A DNA stretch of 64,000 bases from an uncultured virus (IMG/VR IMGVR_UViG_3300029705_000098) (Duplodnaviria; Heunggongvirae; Uroviricota; Caudoviricetes), in IMG/VR virus record IMGVR_UViG_3300029705_000098; one strand, given 5' to 3'. Below, piece by piece: positions 29,168 through 39,825 of the stretch. The notes under the pieces were generated by a model. The model searched no databases, was not told the DNA's origin, and saw only the letters and a program-made list of their open reading frames with translations. Numbering within the stretch: the stretch's first letter is position 1; every line of letters starts with the position of its first letter. Both the position numbers and the translations under genes were made by a program.

Positions 29168-31763
29168 TTATCCACTCTCTTTATCAGTTCCTCTTCAAAC
29201 GCTCGAATGTAACAGTTAAAGGAGTCGTGCTTTTTCTTTTTAAGAAAATTGATACAGTTTTTAATATGCGAAGTTTGCATTTCACAAATCTTTAATACTT
29301 TTCCCTCTTTTGTAACCCAAAGGCCAGCATTACACTGTCTTCTTATTGCACCTAAATTATCCTTGAACCCAAATTCAAGTTCATAAGCGTGGTCTGCTAA
29401 ATAGTCACTTCCTAAACTCATTCTGCAACTCCTTTCACAACATCTTCTTTAACTCGTATGCCATAAACCTCATACGTTCCCGCACCTTTAGTACGGACGT
29501 AATAGATAGGTTCATTGTCTTTTCCAACATAGATTGTTTCAACAACGCCTTTAATTAAAACATCATCACCGACATTAAATTTAGTAGTCATTTCGCACCA
29601 CCTTTCTACGATAAGTTATATAAATAGCCGATGTTGGATAGTTAAAATCATACGGGTAAAGGTTGCCATCTTCTTTTATGGTGCCTATTCCGCAAAACAG
29701 GTGTTCTTTAGAGCATTTGAAATAACGCTTGCTGGCAATTACAATATCACGACCTGTTCTGTTTTTTCCTTTGTTAGGAAAAACAAGGTAAGTTTTCGGT
29801 CTTTTCTCAAAACCCTTGTAAATCTGGAATTCTGCTTCACTCTTTTCTACTTCGGGCGGTGTTCTCTGTTCAAGTGCCTCAATGCCCCTTGTTAGGGCAT
29901 GGGCAAGGTCTTGCATTTTCTTGTAGTATTCTGGTGATTTGCCTGCATCTTTCAGGTGTATTGCCACATGTCTGTATTCTTCTGTTAGTATCTCAATAGC
30001 TTGTCTGTCTGTCATACTGTGCCGCCCCTTTCACTCTCCAAAAGTGTCAAGCATACATCTGTTAATTGCTGATATTAACTCACTGCCTTTAACTGTGTAT
30101 CTTTCTCCCTTTACTTCCAATTCAACAAACTTTCCGATATTCCAATGATTATGAACACGAATAGGTGTTTTTGATGGTTCACTGTAATCATTGATTTCTG
30201 CCGTTATTTTCATTCCGCACCGCCTCTCATATCTGCCCCACAGTTAGGACAGAAATTCATATTATTATCCTTTGGTGTGCCTGCTGACAAAAACCAAGGT
30301 TCACCGCAATTAGAACATTCATAATATTCATCACCGTCATATCCATCAACGGTTTTCCACTCGCCTTTCGGTCTGTCGCACTTGCCTTGTGCCACTCCAA
30401 CCTCATAACCTTGCTCCCAAGCGATTTGGTCGCTCGGTCTTTTATCAATTACATTCTGCAATTCCGCTTTCAAGTCTGCTACTGCTTTTTCATCAGCGGT
30501 TTCGGTAAAAACTGTTACTTGCGGTACTGCCTGTGCATTTTCTATATCTTTTACAGATACATATTCTTTTGTAAAACCGCCACAACCATCATAATCACCG
30601 CCTTGGGAGTGTTTTAAAATTTCACTACGGCTTATTAAATCACCTGACGGATTGTAAGGTGTGCCGTTTGAGATAGCATCTGCAATCATATCTCTGTCAT
30701 ATTCATCAAGGTTATCAAATGTCATAATGCCGTGTTTCTTAAAGGCATCAAACATCTTATCGCTAATATCAATTATCAGTTTCATTTTCTTCATTTTCGA
30801 TACCTCTTGCATCTTTCGTTATATAAACTAACCCCTACAAATGAAATGACCAAAAAAGTCAAAAGAATTGCCAAAATCATAAGAATACTGTCATTCATTT
30901 GTTGCCTCGCTTTCCTTACACTCATAACTTTCGCACAACGAATGTAAATCGAAGTTTTCTCTATGTTTTTTACACCAGGCAACTGTTCTGCTGCCTGTGG
31001 GAAAAGGTTTCATAACAACCTTGCAAAACTTGCAAGAACTGCAACACATACCAAATAACTGCATTTACCATTCCTCGCTTTCCTGATGTAACCACCCTAT
31101 ACAGATGTTCCACCATAAAAAATTTATGTAAAGATATGTCTCCCCAAAAGCGTGAGAAAAGCAACTGCCAAAACTCCAACAACCGCTAACGTGTTTATCC
31201 ACTCTCACACCAAATTTATATTCTGAATATTCGCCCATTTACTGAACCTCGCTTTCTTCATCATCGTTAGAGTAGTCAGTAATCAGCACACAAGGAATAT
31301 CTGTACCGAAAAATGCATATGTATCTAAATGCAAGCCGAATACCGCTCCTACAGTTCCGAAAAGCTCCGTTTTCTTTGTCATTACTTCTAAATCATCAGG
31401 AAACTCTGCTAACTTCTCTCTTAATTCCTTTACTGTCATTTACTTGTCCTCGCTTTCATCATCGTTGTTATTTGACAACAAACCACCAAAAAAGGCTATT
31501 GCAAGCAAAAATAGTATAAGTTCCATTTACTTATCCTCCACAATTCTTCCACAATATGGGCAATAGGGGTAATGCGCTATCAGCAAACGACTGCACTTGA
31601 TACATTTAAACTGCAATCCGCCCTCTCCAGGCTCGCACTTTAACTGCGTAAGTCCTGGCTGATAATCTTTCTTCGCCTGTTCATATCCTCTGTCATACGC
31701 CTTGTGCAGATTATCCCTACTATCAGATACTAAATTATTGATTTGTGTATACTTCCTAGCCAT
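29158..31763 (-). other. Hypervariable array of small genes, including zinc-ribbon proteins 30210-30812 and 31527-31763
   Basis: Short coupled ORFs with CSNC...FCPNCGADM motifs and shared junction sequences. Confidence 0.6.
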
Positions 31764-32097
31764 TGTTATCTAACATCTCCTTTAACATTAAAAATGTCTT
31801 TTCATCAAGAACATAGTAATTCTCCCCATCACCGAAACTGAACGCTAGTGCGCTATAAGATTTTCCCATAGCAAATCTCTCTTCCCTATTCTTATCTAAC
31901 CACTCCTTTTTAATCGAAAAGGACTTTGCTTCATTTACTTTGGTTTTACACTCTATAAGCCAACTATCTGTGATAACATCACCCTTATTAAATGCTGTTG
32001 CTCCAGAATTACTAACTTGTTTTCCTCTAATAGATTTTGCAACACTTTTCTCTTGTCTACTACTATAATATCTTGTAGATTTCTTATTATATGTCAT
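31756..32097 (-). CDS. PD-(D/E)XK nuclease / resolvase-like protein
   Basis: S..QE..VA, SGA..F.KGD and IECKT motifs. Confidence 0.7.
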   Translation of the reverse strand: MTYNKKSTRYYSSRQEKSVAKSIRGKQVSNSGATAFNKGDVITDSWLIECKTKVNEAKSFSIKKEWLDKNREERFAMGKSYSALAFSFGDGENYYVLDEKTFLMLKEMLDNNG

Positions 32098-32836
32098 ACG
32101 TCATCCTCCAAAAACAATAATCCCAATAATAATCCCAACAATCAAACCAGCTACACCTGCAATAATGCGTATTAATACTTTCGTATTGTTTTCCATATCA
32201 TACCTCTTCCACGTGTTTAATCATTTCTTACTTTCATCTGCTGTACCCTTTCCGAATTTACAATCATGCTGGATATACCCACTTAAATCTGTACAACAAA
32301 GATTCCCGTATCTATCCACCTCCGTATAGCAAATTAAATGGCCATCACCGCTAAAACCTAATCTTTCAAAAATATCTTCTAACTGTGCTACCCTACGCTC
32401 TAAATCTTTTATTCTCTCTTTATCAGTCATTGATTATCTCCTTTCATATCTGCACCACAACCCAGCGTTTGCTTACCGCCTTTGATGTACTTGTTGTATG
32501 CTTCGATGAATACCTCTTTCGGTAATATTAATTCTGATGTATAGCCTGCGTAATCATCAACATTGATTATTCTTGATATTCCTCTTTCTCCAACAATAAA
32601 CTCGCCTAAAGTATGCCCGTCATAAGTCTTAGGTAAACTCATTCCGCACCGCCTTTCATATCTTCAACAGTAGTATCAATATGTAACCTTGTTGTTTTAT
32701 GAGTATGAATATCAACACAAGCCACATAACTATTTGTGTTACTGATGAGATGACCTGCCCGATAAACACGACCATTGAACTTAAATAACTCACCTATCTT
32801 AAAAAAGCCTAATGATTTCTCCATTCTGCACCACCT

Positions 32837-33337
32837 TTATGAATTACCCCACGGATATATTCCCAAGTCCGAACAATCAACCATATCGTTTATATATGTC
32901 GGGTCTGCTATTCCGTCGTTGTGGTCATAAACAGTATTAAATGTTTCTTCCTTGGGTTGCTCACTCTCTTCTTGTTCAGATGAAGTTTCATCCCACTCAC
33001 CTTTCGGTCTTTTCAAATCTCTCTCGGCTTGTTTATATCCGTGGTTATAGTAAAATCTCCAATCTTGCTCGACCGCCTGTGCCTTGTCAATATCGCAAAC
33101 AGGAACAACATATTTGTGTAATTCTCTTGAGTAAACTTTTTGTTCTTTCAAATCCGCACGGTACATACTTGCGCCTGACAGGTTTGCTCTTCTGAAATCT
33201 GCTTTTCTTAAATCACTATAAGAAAAAGACTTATCTGTTAGTGTCATTCCCGCTAATGATAATCTCTCACCAGTAAGGTGGTCTTCCAACCAAAGGCGGT
33301 GATTACTTAATAACCGACTAAGTGTTTCATAATTCAT
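32837..33337 (-). CDS. Pentapeptide-repeat fragment fused to RPKGEW-type segments
   Basis: H.LWL...GER...SDLRKADFRRANLSGASMYRADL followed by unrelated sequence. Confidence 0.55.
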   Translation of the reverse strand: MNYETLSRLLSNHRLWLEDHLTGERLSLAGMTLTDKSFSYSDLRKADFRRANLSGASMYRADLKEQKVYSRELHKYVVPVCDIDKAQAVEQDWRFYYNHGYKQAERDLKRPKGEWDETSSEQEESEQPKEETFNTVYDHNDGIADPTYINDMVDCSDLGIYPWGNS

Positions 33338-33570
33338 ATCAATTTACCTCACTCTCTTTGTCCGCTTCGTACTGTTGTGCGTCCCAGTTCATATCTTCTT
33401 TCCATGTGTCATCATCAAGTTTAGAAGTCTTATGTAATGCTTCCTTAAAAGCGTCTGCTCTTCCCATTTGATACGCAGTAAACATATTACATCCTTCACA
33501 ATGCTCTAATACGTAGTCCTCACAAAACGTGCCTGAGCGCACTTTACGTTGAGCATTAGCGGGACACTGT

Positions 33571-34155
33571 TCAAACTTCGCCATTTACATCCTCCTCGCT
33601 TAAAATTGCTGATTTAATAATCCACCCTTCCCACTCTAATTTGTTAAGAACTGTCTCACGATATATTTTTACCGCTTGCTCAAGTTCTTCTCTTGAGTAG
33701 AAAGGATTAATATAATTATGACAACCACATTCGGGTCCCATTCCAAAATACTGAGATACTGGATTTGTTATAGGTCTTCCGCATTTAAGACAATGCAAAG
33801 TTTTTTCTGATGTAATGTCCCCGTGAAGTTTCATATAAACCATTCCACGAGTTTCTTTCTCGACAGTGCCAACCATAGTTCGCAACGGCATAGGAATATT
33901 ATTATTCCAATCGCGCATAAAAGTAAAATCGTCTGTTGCTTGCCGTGTCATATACTGCTTAACAGTAATCTTCTTCAGAGTATGCTCTGGATTCGCTCTC
34001 ATTTGCGTTCTACGAGCGTTCTCACGATTAGATGATAACTTTATCGTAATTGTGTCGCTATCGCTCACAAACGATTTTAGAGCGTCTTTTACGCTATCGT
34101 ACTTTTTGCCGTTAATCTCGATATTACCTTTGTAATCCTTAAGCATTGATAACAT
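33571..34155 (-). CDS. DUF6011-containing protein
   Basis: C.KCGRPIT.P.S...GMGPEC motif. Confidence 0.65.
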   Translation of the reverse strand: MLSMLKDYKGNIEINGKKYDSVKDALKSFVSDSDTITIKLSSNRENARRTQMRANPEHTLKKITVKQYMTRQATDDFTFMRDWNNNIPMPLRTMVGTVEKETRGMVYMKLHGDITSEKTLHCLKCGRPITNPVSQYFGMGPECGCHNYINPFYSREELEQAVKIYRETVLNKLEWEGWIIKSAILSEEDVNGEV

Positions 34156-34884
34156 ATCAATTTTCCTCAATATTCTGTGCCACAATACAGACATACGCCT
34201 GTTAATTTACTTACTTTACCTCCGCAATTCACGCAATTATGCGGGATTGTGGTATGTTCAAGTTCTCCGTGATTGTAAACAATCGGATTAGTTATAGGCT
34301 CCTGTACTCCTATAAGTTCTTTTGCTTCCGCTAATGATATAATTGGTGTTTCAAGTAGTTTTAACAAAGTATCTCGATTTATTAAATCATTATCTGTCAT
34401 ATCAATCTACCTCAAATAATACTGCATAACCCTTAGCATTAAACATTTTGGTCATATAAACCATACCTGCGAGTAGCAAATCTCGACTAAGTTCATATAC
34501 GTTAGCGTCTGTGCCTCTTGGGTCTGTTGTTACTATTTTAAGGGTTTCAGGTTTCCACTCACTAATCGTAAATACAATAGGGCTTTCTTCTCGTGTCATA
34601 TCAATACCTCGACATAGTAGGATTTACCACATCCATAATTTCAACGGCATCATTGCTTGTTACTACTTCTAAACTAACAAGAATGAGCAATATTCCGTGA
34701 ACTATTCCTCTGAAATAACCGGAGTCAAACTTAATTGCTTTTTCTAATTTTTCACGAACAATCTTTGCAAACTCGGTTTTGTTTTCTTCATCATACTTCT
34801 CAATCTTATTAATAATAATGTTTGTTACGTTTTCATTCATACGCTGGTCTCACTTTCTCGTTGATTATCTTATCAACTGTAAAC

Positions 34885-34913
34885 ATTATACTAAACGATT
34901 AATTGAATGTCAA
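34885..34913 (-). promoter_or_regulatory. Sigma-A promoter with conserved spacer
   Basis: TTGACA-ttcaattAATCGTTTAG-TATAAT. Confidence 0.85.
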
Positions 34914-34925
34914 GTATTATTTTAC

Positions 34926-34960
34926 AAACAAAAGTAGGAGCGATATTTCACGCTCCTACT
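34926..34960 (-). terminator. Terminator after the clamp gene
   Basis: AGTAGGAGCG/CGCTCCTACT stem followed by a T-run. Confidence 0.8.
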
Positions 34961-34985
34961 AAATGATTATTACTTATGGGAGATA

Positions 34986-36083
34986 TTACGTTTGCTTCAT
35001 CAGTGCAATCATTTGCGTCATATCCCCATCAATCAACTTGATACAGATTTCATTACCGTAATACAGGTCAACAACATCAGAACTATACGCCTTTAACTGA
35101 TTTCTAAGCCTGTCAATATTAATCTTAAACGTAATATCTTGTACATCTTTACTCTCCGTGTACTCAACACGCTCAATACCGCTACTTGCAATAGACGATA
35201 CTTCGACATACTTATCAGTAAAGTGCAGTTCGATAGCACCTTCATCAAACTTGCTTACAAACAAGGAAAGTCTATCGAGAAGTTCTAACATTTGAGATTT
35301 CTTGAAACGACAGAATGATGGAACTTCAAATGCAGAAAACTGGTTAATAGCATCTATATTAAAGTCTTTTATATCGTTTAATACGGGAGTACATATCGCA
35401 ATTCCGCACTTCTCTCCTATAGTTGCCTCTGCAACAAGCATATCATCACTTCTTGAAAGTGCTACATCTGAAGCACCAACTCCCATCAACTCTACGAACT
35501 TTCGGTCAAGCAAGTAAGGTGTATCAAAAATCTTACGATTAAAGGTGCTCATCATTATCCTGTCTGTACCTGCAATAAAGTCACCAAAAAAGTAATATGA
35601 GTAAATACTTCCTGCAACTGAACTCAATGAGGGTTTAACAGTTGTATTTATTGCAATAACATCGGGTGCAGTTATCTTTCCAATATCTGTTGTATCTCCA
35701 GGGAACTTATCAGGGAAAGACAACGGGTTTCCTTCATCGTCAACAACCAGTTCGAGGCTATACTTTCCGTTTCCTTTTACGATAAGGGCGTTATCATCTA
35801 CCTCAAGTTCAACTGTTTCTGAATTAATCTTTCCAACAAGTTTTGAAAAGGTATCTGCGTTTACAGTAACGTCCATATCATCTGCAACACAACTATCGGA
35901 TACACTCAAATAGTTTGTTCCATCAGTTGTATTAAGATATAATACTCCATCGTCTACTCTTATTCCGATAAAGTTAGACAATTCAAGAAGTTTATTAAAA
36001 CCTGCTCCCTGAATTGCATAAGATACCAACTGCTTCAATCTCTCTGTGCTAAATGTTGACACTGTTCTATCCTCCTTTAACAA
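34986..36083 (-). CDS. dnaN: DNA sliding clamp (beta-clamp-like)
   Basis: 365 aa, acidic. TTDG, GTD and LLDRLSLF motifs. C-terminal MIALM as in DnaN. Confidence 0.72.
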   Translation of the reverse strand: MLKEDRTVSTFSTERLKQLVSYAIQGAGFNKLLELSNFIGIRVDDGVLYLNTTDGTNYLSVSDSCVADDMDVTVNADTFSKLVGKINSETVELEVDDNALIVKGNGKYSLELVVDDEGNPLSFPDKFPGDTTDIGKITAPDVIAINTTVKPSLSSVAGSIYSYYFFGDFIAGTDRIMMSTFNRKIFDTPYLLDRKFVELMGVGASDVALSRSDDMLVAEATIGEKCGIAICTPVLNDIKDFNIDAINQFSAFEVPSFCRFKKSQMLELLDRLSLFVSKFDEGAIELHFTDKYVEVSSIASSGIERVEYTESKDVQDITFKINIDRLRNQLKAYSSDVVDLYYGNEICIKLIDGDMTQMIALMKQT

Positions 36084-36310
36084 TTAATTGCGTTATCAAG
36101 ATTTCCTATATCTTCTTCAAGACTATCCACAACATCGCCCATAATATCTATTGCGTCTGACATTGCAGAACCCTTTTCTCCGTCTTGAAGAGACTCCGGT
36201 AAGTTATCGTATGCGTCTTGCTCTTCGCCTTGACATTCCTCAATAATTGATTTTGCCTGGTCCATTAAGGTCTGAGCCTCTTCCAGTCTTTTTCTTCTTG
36301 ATTTGTTCAT
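36077..36310 (-). CDS. Small acidic helical phage protein
   Basis: MNK.RRK.L...EEQ.AYDNLPESLQ.GE pattern. Confidence 0.6.
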   Translation of the reverse strand: MNKSRRKRLEEAQTLMDQAKSIIEECQGEEQDAYDNLPESLQDGEKGSAMSDAIDIMGDVVDSLEEDIGNLDNAINC

Positions 36311-36323
36311 TAGTCTTTCCTCC

Positions 36324-36911
36324 TTAAATATGCACTAATTTACGTTCTATTTCATTTCTTAAATCAGTGTTTGTCTTAAATCTTCCGTGAAGGACTGTAA
36401 CATCTGTAAATCCGTCACTCTTTGCTCCTCTGGCAGATACGCAAGCGTGGTCTCCTTTAATGTTTACGAATACATCGGGTGAGCCGGTTGCAAGTGAAAT
36501 ACACTCCGCTATATCTTCTGCCATTTTCTCTTGAAGTTGCAATCTCTTGGAACACAAATCAACAATTCTAGGAATTTTAGATAATCCAATTACTTCGTAC
36601 TTGCCGTCTTCAATCTGTCTTGGGATATAAGCAACTGTTACAGTCATATTAAACATCAAAGCCAAATGATGTTCACAGTGACTGTATACATTCTTCACTT
36701 CTTTAACAACAAGTGGGTCAGAAGTTGTAATGAACTTCTTGGAATACATCTTGGCGATTTCTGCATTGGTATATTTCATACCCTCAAGCAGTTCTTCCCA
36801 ATATCCTGCTACTCGTCTTGGAGTATCAACAAGTCCTTCTCGTGTCACATCTTCTCCAAATGCAACAAGTAAATCTTTAATAGCCTGTTCTACTTTTGCT
36901 TTATCCATCAT
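36324..36911 (-). CDS. folE: GTP cyclohydrolase I
   Basis: REGL.DTP.RVA, CEHH, GLSKI.R, LQLQE and H.C...RG motifs. Confidence 0.95.
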   Translation of the reverse strand: MMDKAKVEQAIKDLLVAFGEDVTREGLVDTPRRVAGYWEELLEGMKYTNAEIAKMYSKKFITTSDPLVVKEVKNVYSHCEHHLALMFNMTVTVAYIPRQIEDGKYEVIGLSKIPRIVDLCSKRLQLQEKMAEDIAECISLATGSPDVFVNIKGDHACVSARGAKSDGFTDVTVLHGRFKTNTDLRNEIERKLVHI

Positions 36912-37540
36912 ACACCTCTTTTATTAGGGTCCCATATATACTTGTGTAACTGAATTTGCATACGCCAATTATAAAGTTTGTGGCTCTTCAAAAATTCTGC
37001 AATCTCAACCAATTCAATTTTACCAAATACAGGGCTTACAAAGATTTGAGCAACAATTCCATTTTCTTCAACAAACGAAAGTGCCTGATTAAGGTCCTCT
37101 GCGCTTGATACAACAAACTTTACAACGTCTGTGGTATCAAGAGCCTTAAACGCCTCTATATTCATCTTATCAGATACTCCGCTACACTTTGTTTTGTAGT
37201 CAACGGTATACAATACTCCATCAACTTCAGGAACAATAGAACCGTTTGTTTCGACATTAACTTTGTAACCCTGTCGTACTAATTGTTCGAGTAGTGTGCT
37301 GATGCCGGGTTGAACTAAAGGCTCTCCTCCAGTAATAGTAACATTGGGACAGTGATATACTGCCATCTCATCGAGTATTTCCTGGATACTCATTACTCGA
37401 TATTCAGTTCCCTCACAAGCATATCGGCTATCACAATAAGAGCACTTAAGGTTACACCCAAAAAATCTAACAAATACGCACGGTATTCCTGCTCTTGCGC
37501 CTTCACCTTCGATACTGTAAAAAATCTCATTTACTCTCAT
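36908..37540 (-). CDS. queE: 7-carboxy-7-deazaguanine synthase (radical SAM)
   Basis: EIF.SI.GEG, CNLKCSYCD, TGGEP, ETNG and QLHK motifs. Confidence 0.95.
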   Translation of the reverse strand: MRVNEIFYSIEGEGARAGIPCVFVRFFGCNLKCSYCDSRYACEGTEYRVMSIQEILDEMAVYHCPNVTITGGEPLVQPGISTLLEQLVRQGYKVNVETNGSIVPEVDGVLYTVDYKTKCSGVSDKMNIEAFKALDTTDVVKFVVSSAEDLNQALSFVEENGIVAQIFVSPVFGKIELVEIAEFLKSHKLYNWRMQIQLHKYIWDPNKRGV

Positions 37541-37543
37541 AAA

Positions 37544-37897
37544 TCACTCCTCAAGGTCGTAAGTTGCGATGTTTCCTTCACTCTCTTGGACCGTTACTCG
37601 ATAACAATAGCCTACCTCACATATCTTAGTAACCTCATCACAAATCCATCGTGCTAAATTCTCTGCGGTAGGGTTGAAGTCAACAACATCGTTGATGAAC
37701 TGGTGGTCAATTTTATCGCTGATTACTTCCTTAATCTTCTTGAAATCGACAATCATTCCATAATCGGTTAATCTATTTGCTTTACAGGAAATAGTAATAA
37801 TCCAGTTATGGCCGTGTATATTTTTACACTTACTCTCATAAGGAAGATTAAGATAATGTGCTCCTGCAATCTCTAATCTTTTTGTTACGTAATACAT
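37544..37897 (-). CDS. queD: 6-carboxytetrahydropterin synthase
   Basis: AH.L, C...HGHNW, DH and PTAEN motifs. Confidence 0.95.
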   Translation of the reverse strand: MYYVTKRLEIAGAHYLNLPYESKCKNIHGHNWIITISCKANRLTDYGMIVDFKKIKEVISDKIDHQFINDVVDFNPTAENLARWICDEVTKICEVGYCYRVTVQESEGNIATYDLEE

Positions 37898-38278
37898 TTA
37901 CTTTTCCTCCATTTCCCACGGAAATACAATCCAATTATCTTCTTTTCTACATAAATAATTATCGGGAACTACTCCCAGCGTGTTGTGTTTATAATACATT
38001 GTTGCTATTTTGTAGTCTTGAGCCTTGTCACCCGAACTATTCTTAACGTAATGAAGTAAGGACTCTCCTGTGTCACAAATATCATCTACAATTAAACACC
38101 CAGGTGCAGGACTCATAAGCAAAGGAATTTTCAGTTTATGAGAAAGCATAACTGCCAGTACCAATCCGCCTCTAGGGAGACCATATACCCCGCTATACTT
38201 TATTCCCTTACGTCTGCTAATGTCTGTCATATAATTAACAAACTCTTCGACTTGCTTCCAAGTTACATATTCTTTCAT
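37898..38278 (-). CDS. Type I phosphoribosyltransferase (Gpt-like)
   Basis: RGG loop, LIVDDICDTGES PRPP motif, C-terminal WIVFPWE. Confidence 0.88.
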   Translation of the reverse strand: MKEYVTWKQVEEFVNYMTDISRRKGIKYSGVYGLPRGGLVLAVMLSHKLKIPLLMSPAPGCLIVDDICDTGESLLHYVKNSSGDKAQDYKIATMYYKHNTLGVVPDNYLCRKEDNWIVFPWEMEEK

Positions 38279-38280
38279 AC

Positions 38281-38982
38281 TTAATCTCCTATCGCAGGGT
38301 CTTTGATACCATTTTCTTCAAATGCCTTTGCTCTATCAATACAAGTACCACATTTTCCACAAGGCTTATCGCCACCCTTATAACAACTCCAAGTAAGATG
38401 ATAAGGAGTATTAAGAGACAACCCCAATGAAACTACTCCTGCCTTATTAAGTCGTACAAGCGGTGCTACAAGATGAACCTTATTGTAAGTTCCAATAGAT
38501 ATTGCGCTATCCATAGCAGATGTAAATTCCTCTGAACAATCAGCGTAGGCCTCTCCCGCGGCATCATCTGCGTGTGCTCCTAAATAAATATCAACATAAT
38601 CATCTGGATACAAAGACATAGCAAGTGCCGCAACTGCCGACAACATTAACCCATTTCTAAAAGGAACATATGTCGTAACCATTCCCTCTCCGTTTTTTGC
38701 TATCTGCTCGGCGTATGAAAGTTCAGGAACTTCTTCTGTTGACTTGCTCAATAACGGACAATTACTATCGTCCATTATGTGAGTATTGGATAGGTCAATA
38801 ACACGATGAGATACCCCAAAGAAGTTTGCTATCTTCTCTGCACACTCTAACTCCTTACTATGTTTCTGCCCATAAAATACGGAAACAGTAGTCACGTTTT
38901 GTACTCCCACATCTCTGATTGCAATAGAGATACACGTTGTGGAATCTACTCCTCCACTACTCAAAACTAGTGCTTTTCTCAT
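38281..38982 (-). CDS. queC: 7-cyano-7-deazaguanine synthase
   Basis: SGGVDS, YGQKH, YVPFRN, Y.DC and TWSCY...CGKCGTC motifs. Confidence 0.95.
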   Translation of the reverse strand: MRKALVLSSGGVDSTTCISIAIRDVGVQNVTTVSVFYGQKHSKELECAEKIANFFGVSHRVIDLSNTHIMDDSNCPLLSKSTEEVPELSYAEQIAKNGEGMVTTYVPFRNGLMLSAVAALAMSLYPDDYVDIYLGAHADDAAGEAYADCSEEFTSAMDSAISIGTYNKVHLVAPLVRLNKAGVVSLGLSLNTPYHLTWSCYKGGDKPCGKCGTCIDRAKAFEENGIKDPAIGD

Positions 38983-38994
38983 TTTTGTTCCTCC

Positions 38995-39825
38995 TTAAAA
39001 TAAATTTATCTGTGTTAAATTTGGTTGTGTCGCTTTCTTCTCTTCTCTTTGAAGCAACCACTCCCTCATAAAGTCAAGATTGAAACGTATGCGCTCTTCC
39101 ACTGAATTAGATATTTTCTCAAAATCATACCCGTGATTTTCAACATAGTTAATTATGAATGGGTCATACAGCCCTCGTGTTTCAGAAACGATAAGCCTGC
39201 CGTACTCACTTAACAACTCACCATTAATCGCGGCGAAATACCAAGTAGAACTATCGGCGCTGTATATCCTGTCCCAATACTTATCAAGTAACTCTAATGT
39301 TGATACACCAAATAAATGTACTTTATGAGACTTCGGGATTATTGAAAAACACTCTCGTAAAAATGTATCTCTAACCCCAGTATTCTTTATCGGAGCAATT
39401 CCGCCCAATGCGATATATGGAGCATTATCGCACAATCTCTCCAGATACTTTAAGTTTTCTCCAAAGTGAAATGTAGGGATAACTTTAGAAAATGCTTCAG
39501 GGTTTAAACGTGTTCGCATATAATTATAGTTTTCTAAATTCTTATCACTACAATCAGGAGTTTTGCCAATAATATCCAAAGAGGCTACAGCCTCATAAGA
39601 GAGATGATGAGCATTAATAAAATCACAATACGCATCTATATCCAACGATATGCTTTTTCTCATAGCACTGAAGGCTCCTGAGTCCAAAAACACTTTTTGA
39701 GGGTAATTGAAATACTTTTCTAACGACTTTCTATCAACATAGAAACTGAATAGTCTGTTAAATCCTAATTCCGTAATGTAATCATCTAATGGACTATTGC
39801 AACTTGCGGATAAATAAAAATTCAT
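38995..39825 (-). CDS. dpdA: TGT-fold DNA 7-deazaguanine transglycosylase (DpdA-like)
   Basis: FLDSGAFS, LD.IG, P.FH, YIALGG, HLFG and SADSSTW motifs. Adjacent to the que genes. Start MNFYLS overlaps the polA stop. Confidence 0.78.
   Translation of the reverse strand: MNFYLSASCNSPLDDYITELGFNRLFSFYVDRKSLEKYFNYPQKVFLDSGAFSAMRKSISLDIDAYCDFINAHHLSYEAVASLDIIGKTPDCSDKNLENYNYMRTRLNPEAFSKVIPTFHFGENLKYLERLCDNAPYIALGGIAPIKNTGVRDTFLRECFSIIPKSHKVHLFGVSTLELLDKYWDRIYSADSSTWYFAAINGELLSEYGRLIVSETRGLYDPFIINYVENHGYDFEKISNSVEERIRFNLDFMREWLLQREEKKATQPNLTQINLF

Noticed and set aside
38995..39825. Canonical tRNA-guanine transglycosylase (tgt)
   Set aside because: It is shorter, lacks the CxCxxC zinc site, and is coupled to polA. 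This fits a DNA-acting DpdA type better.
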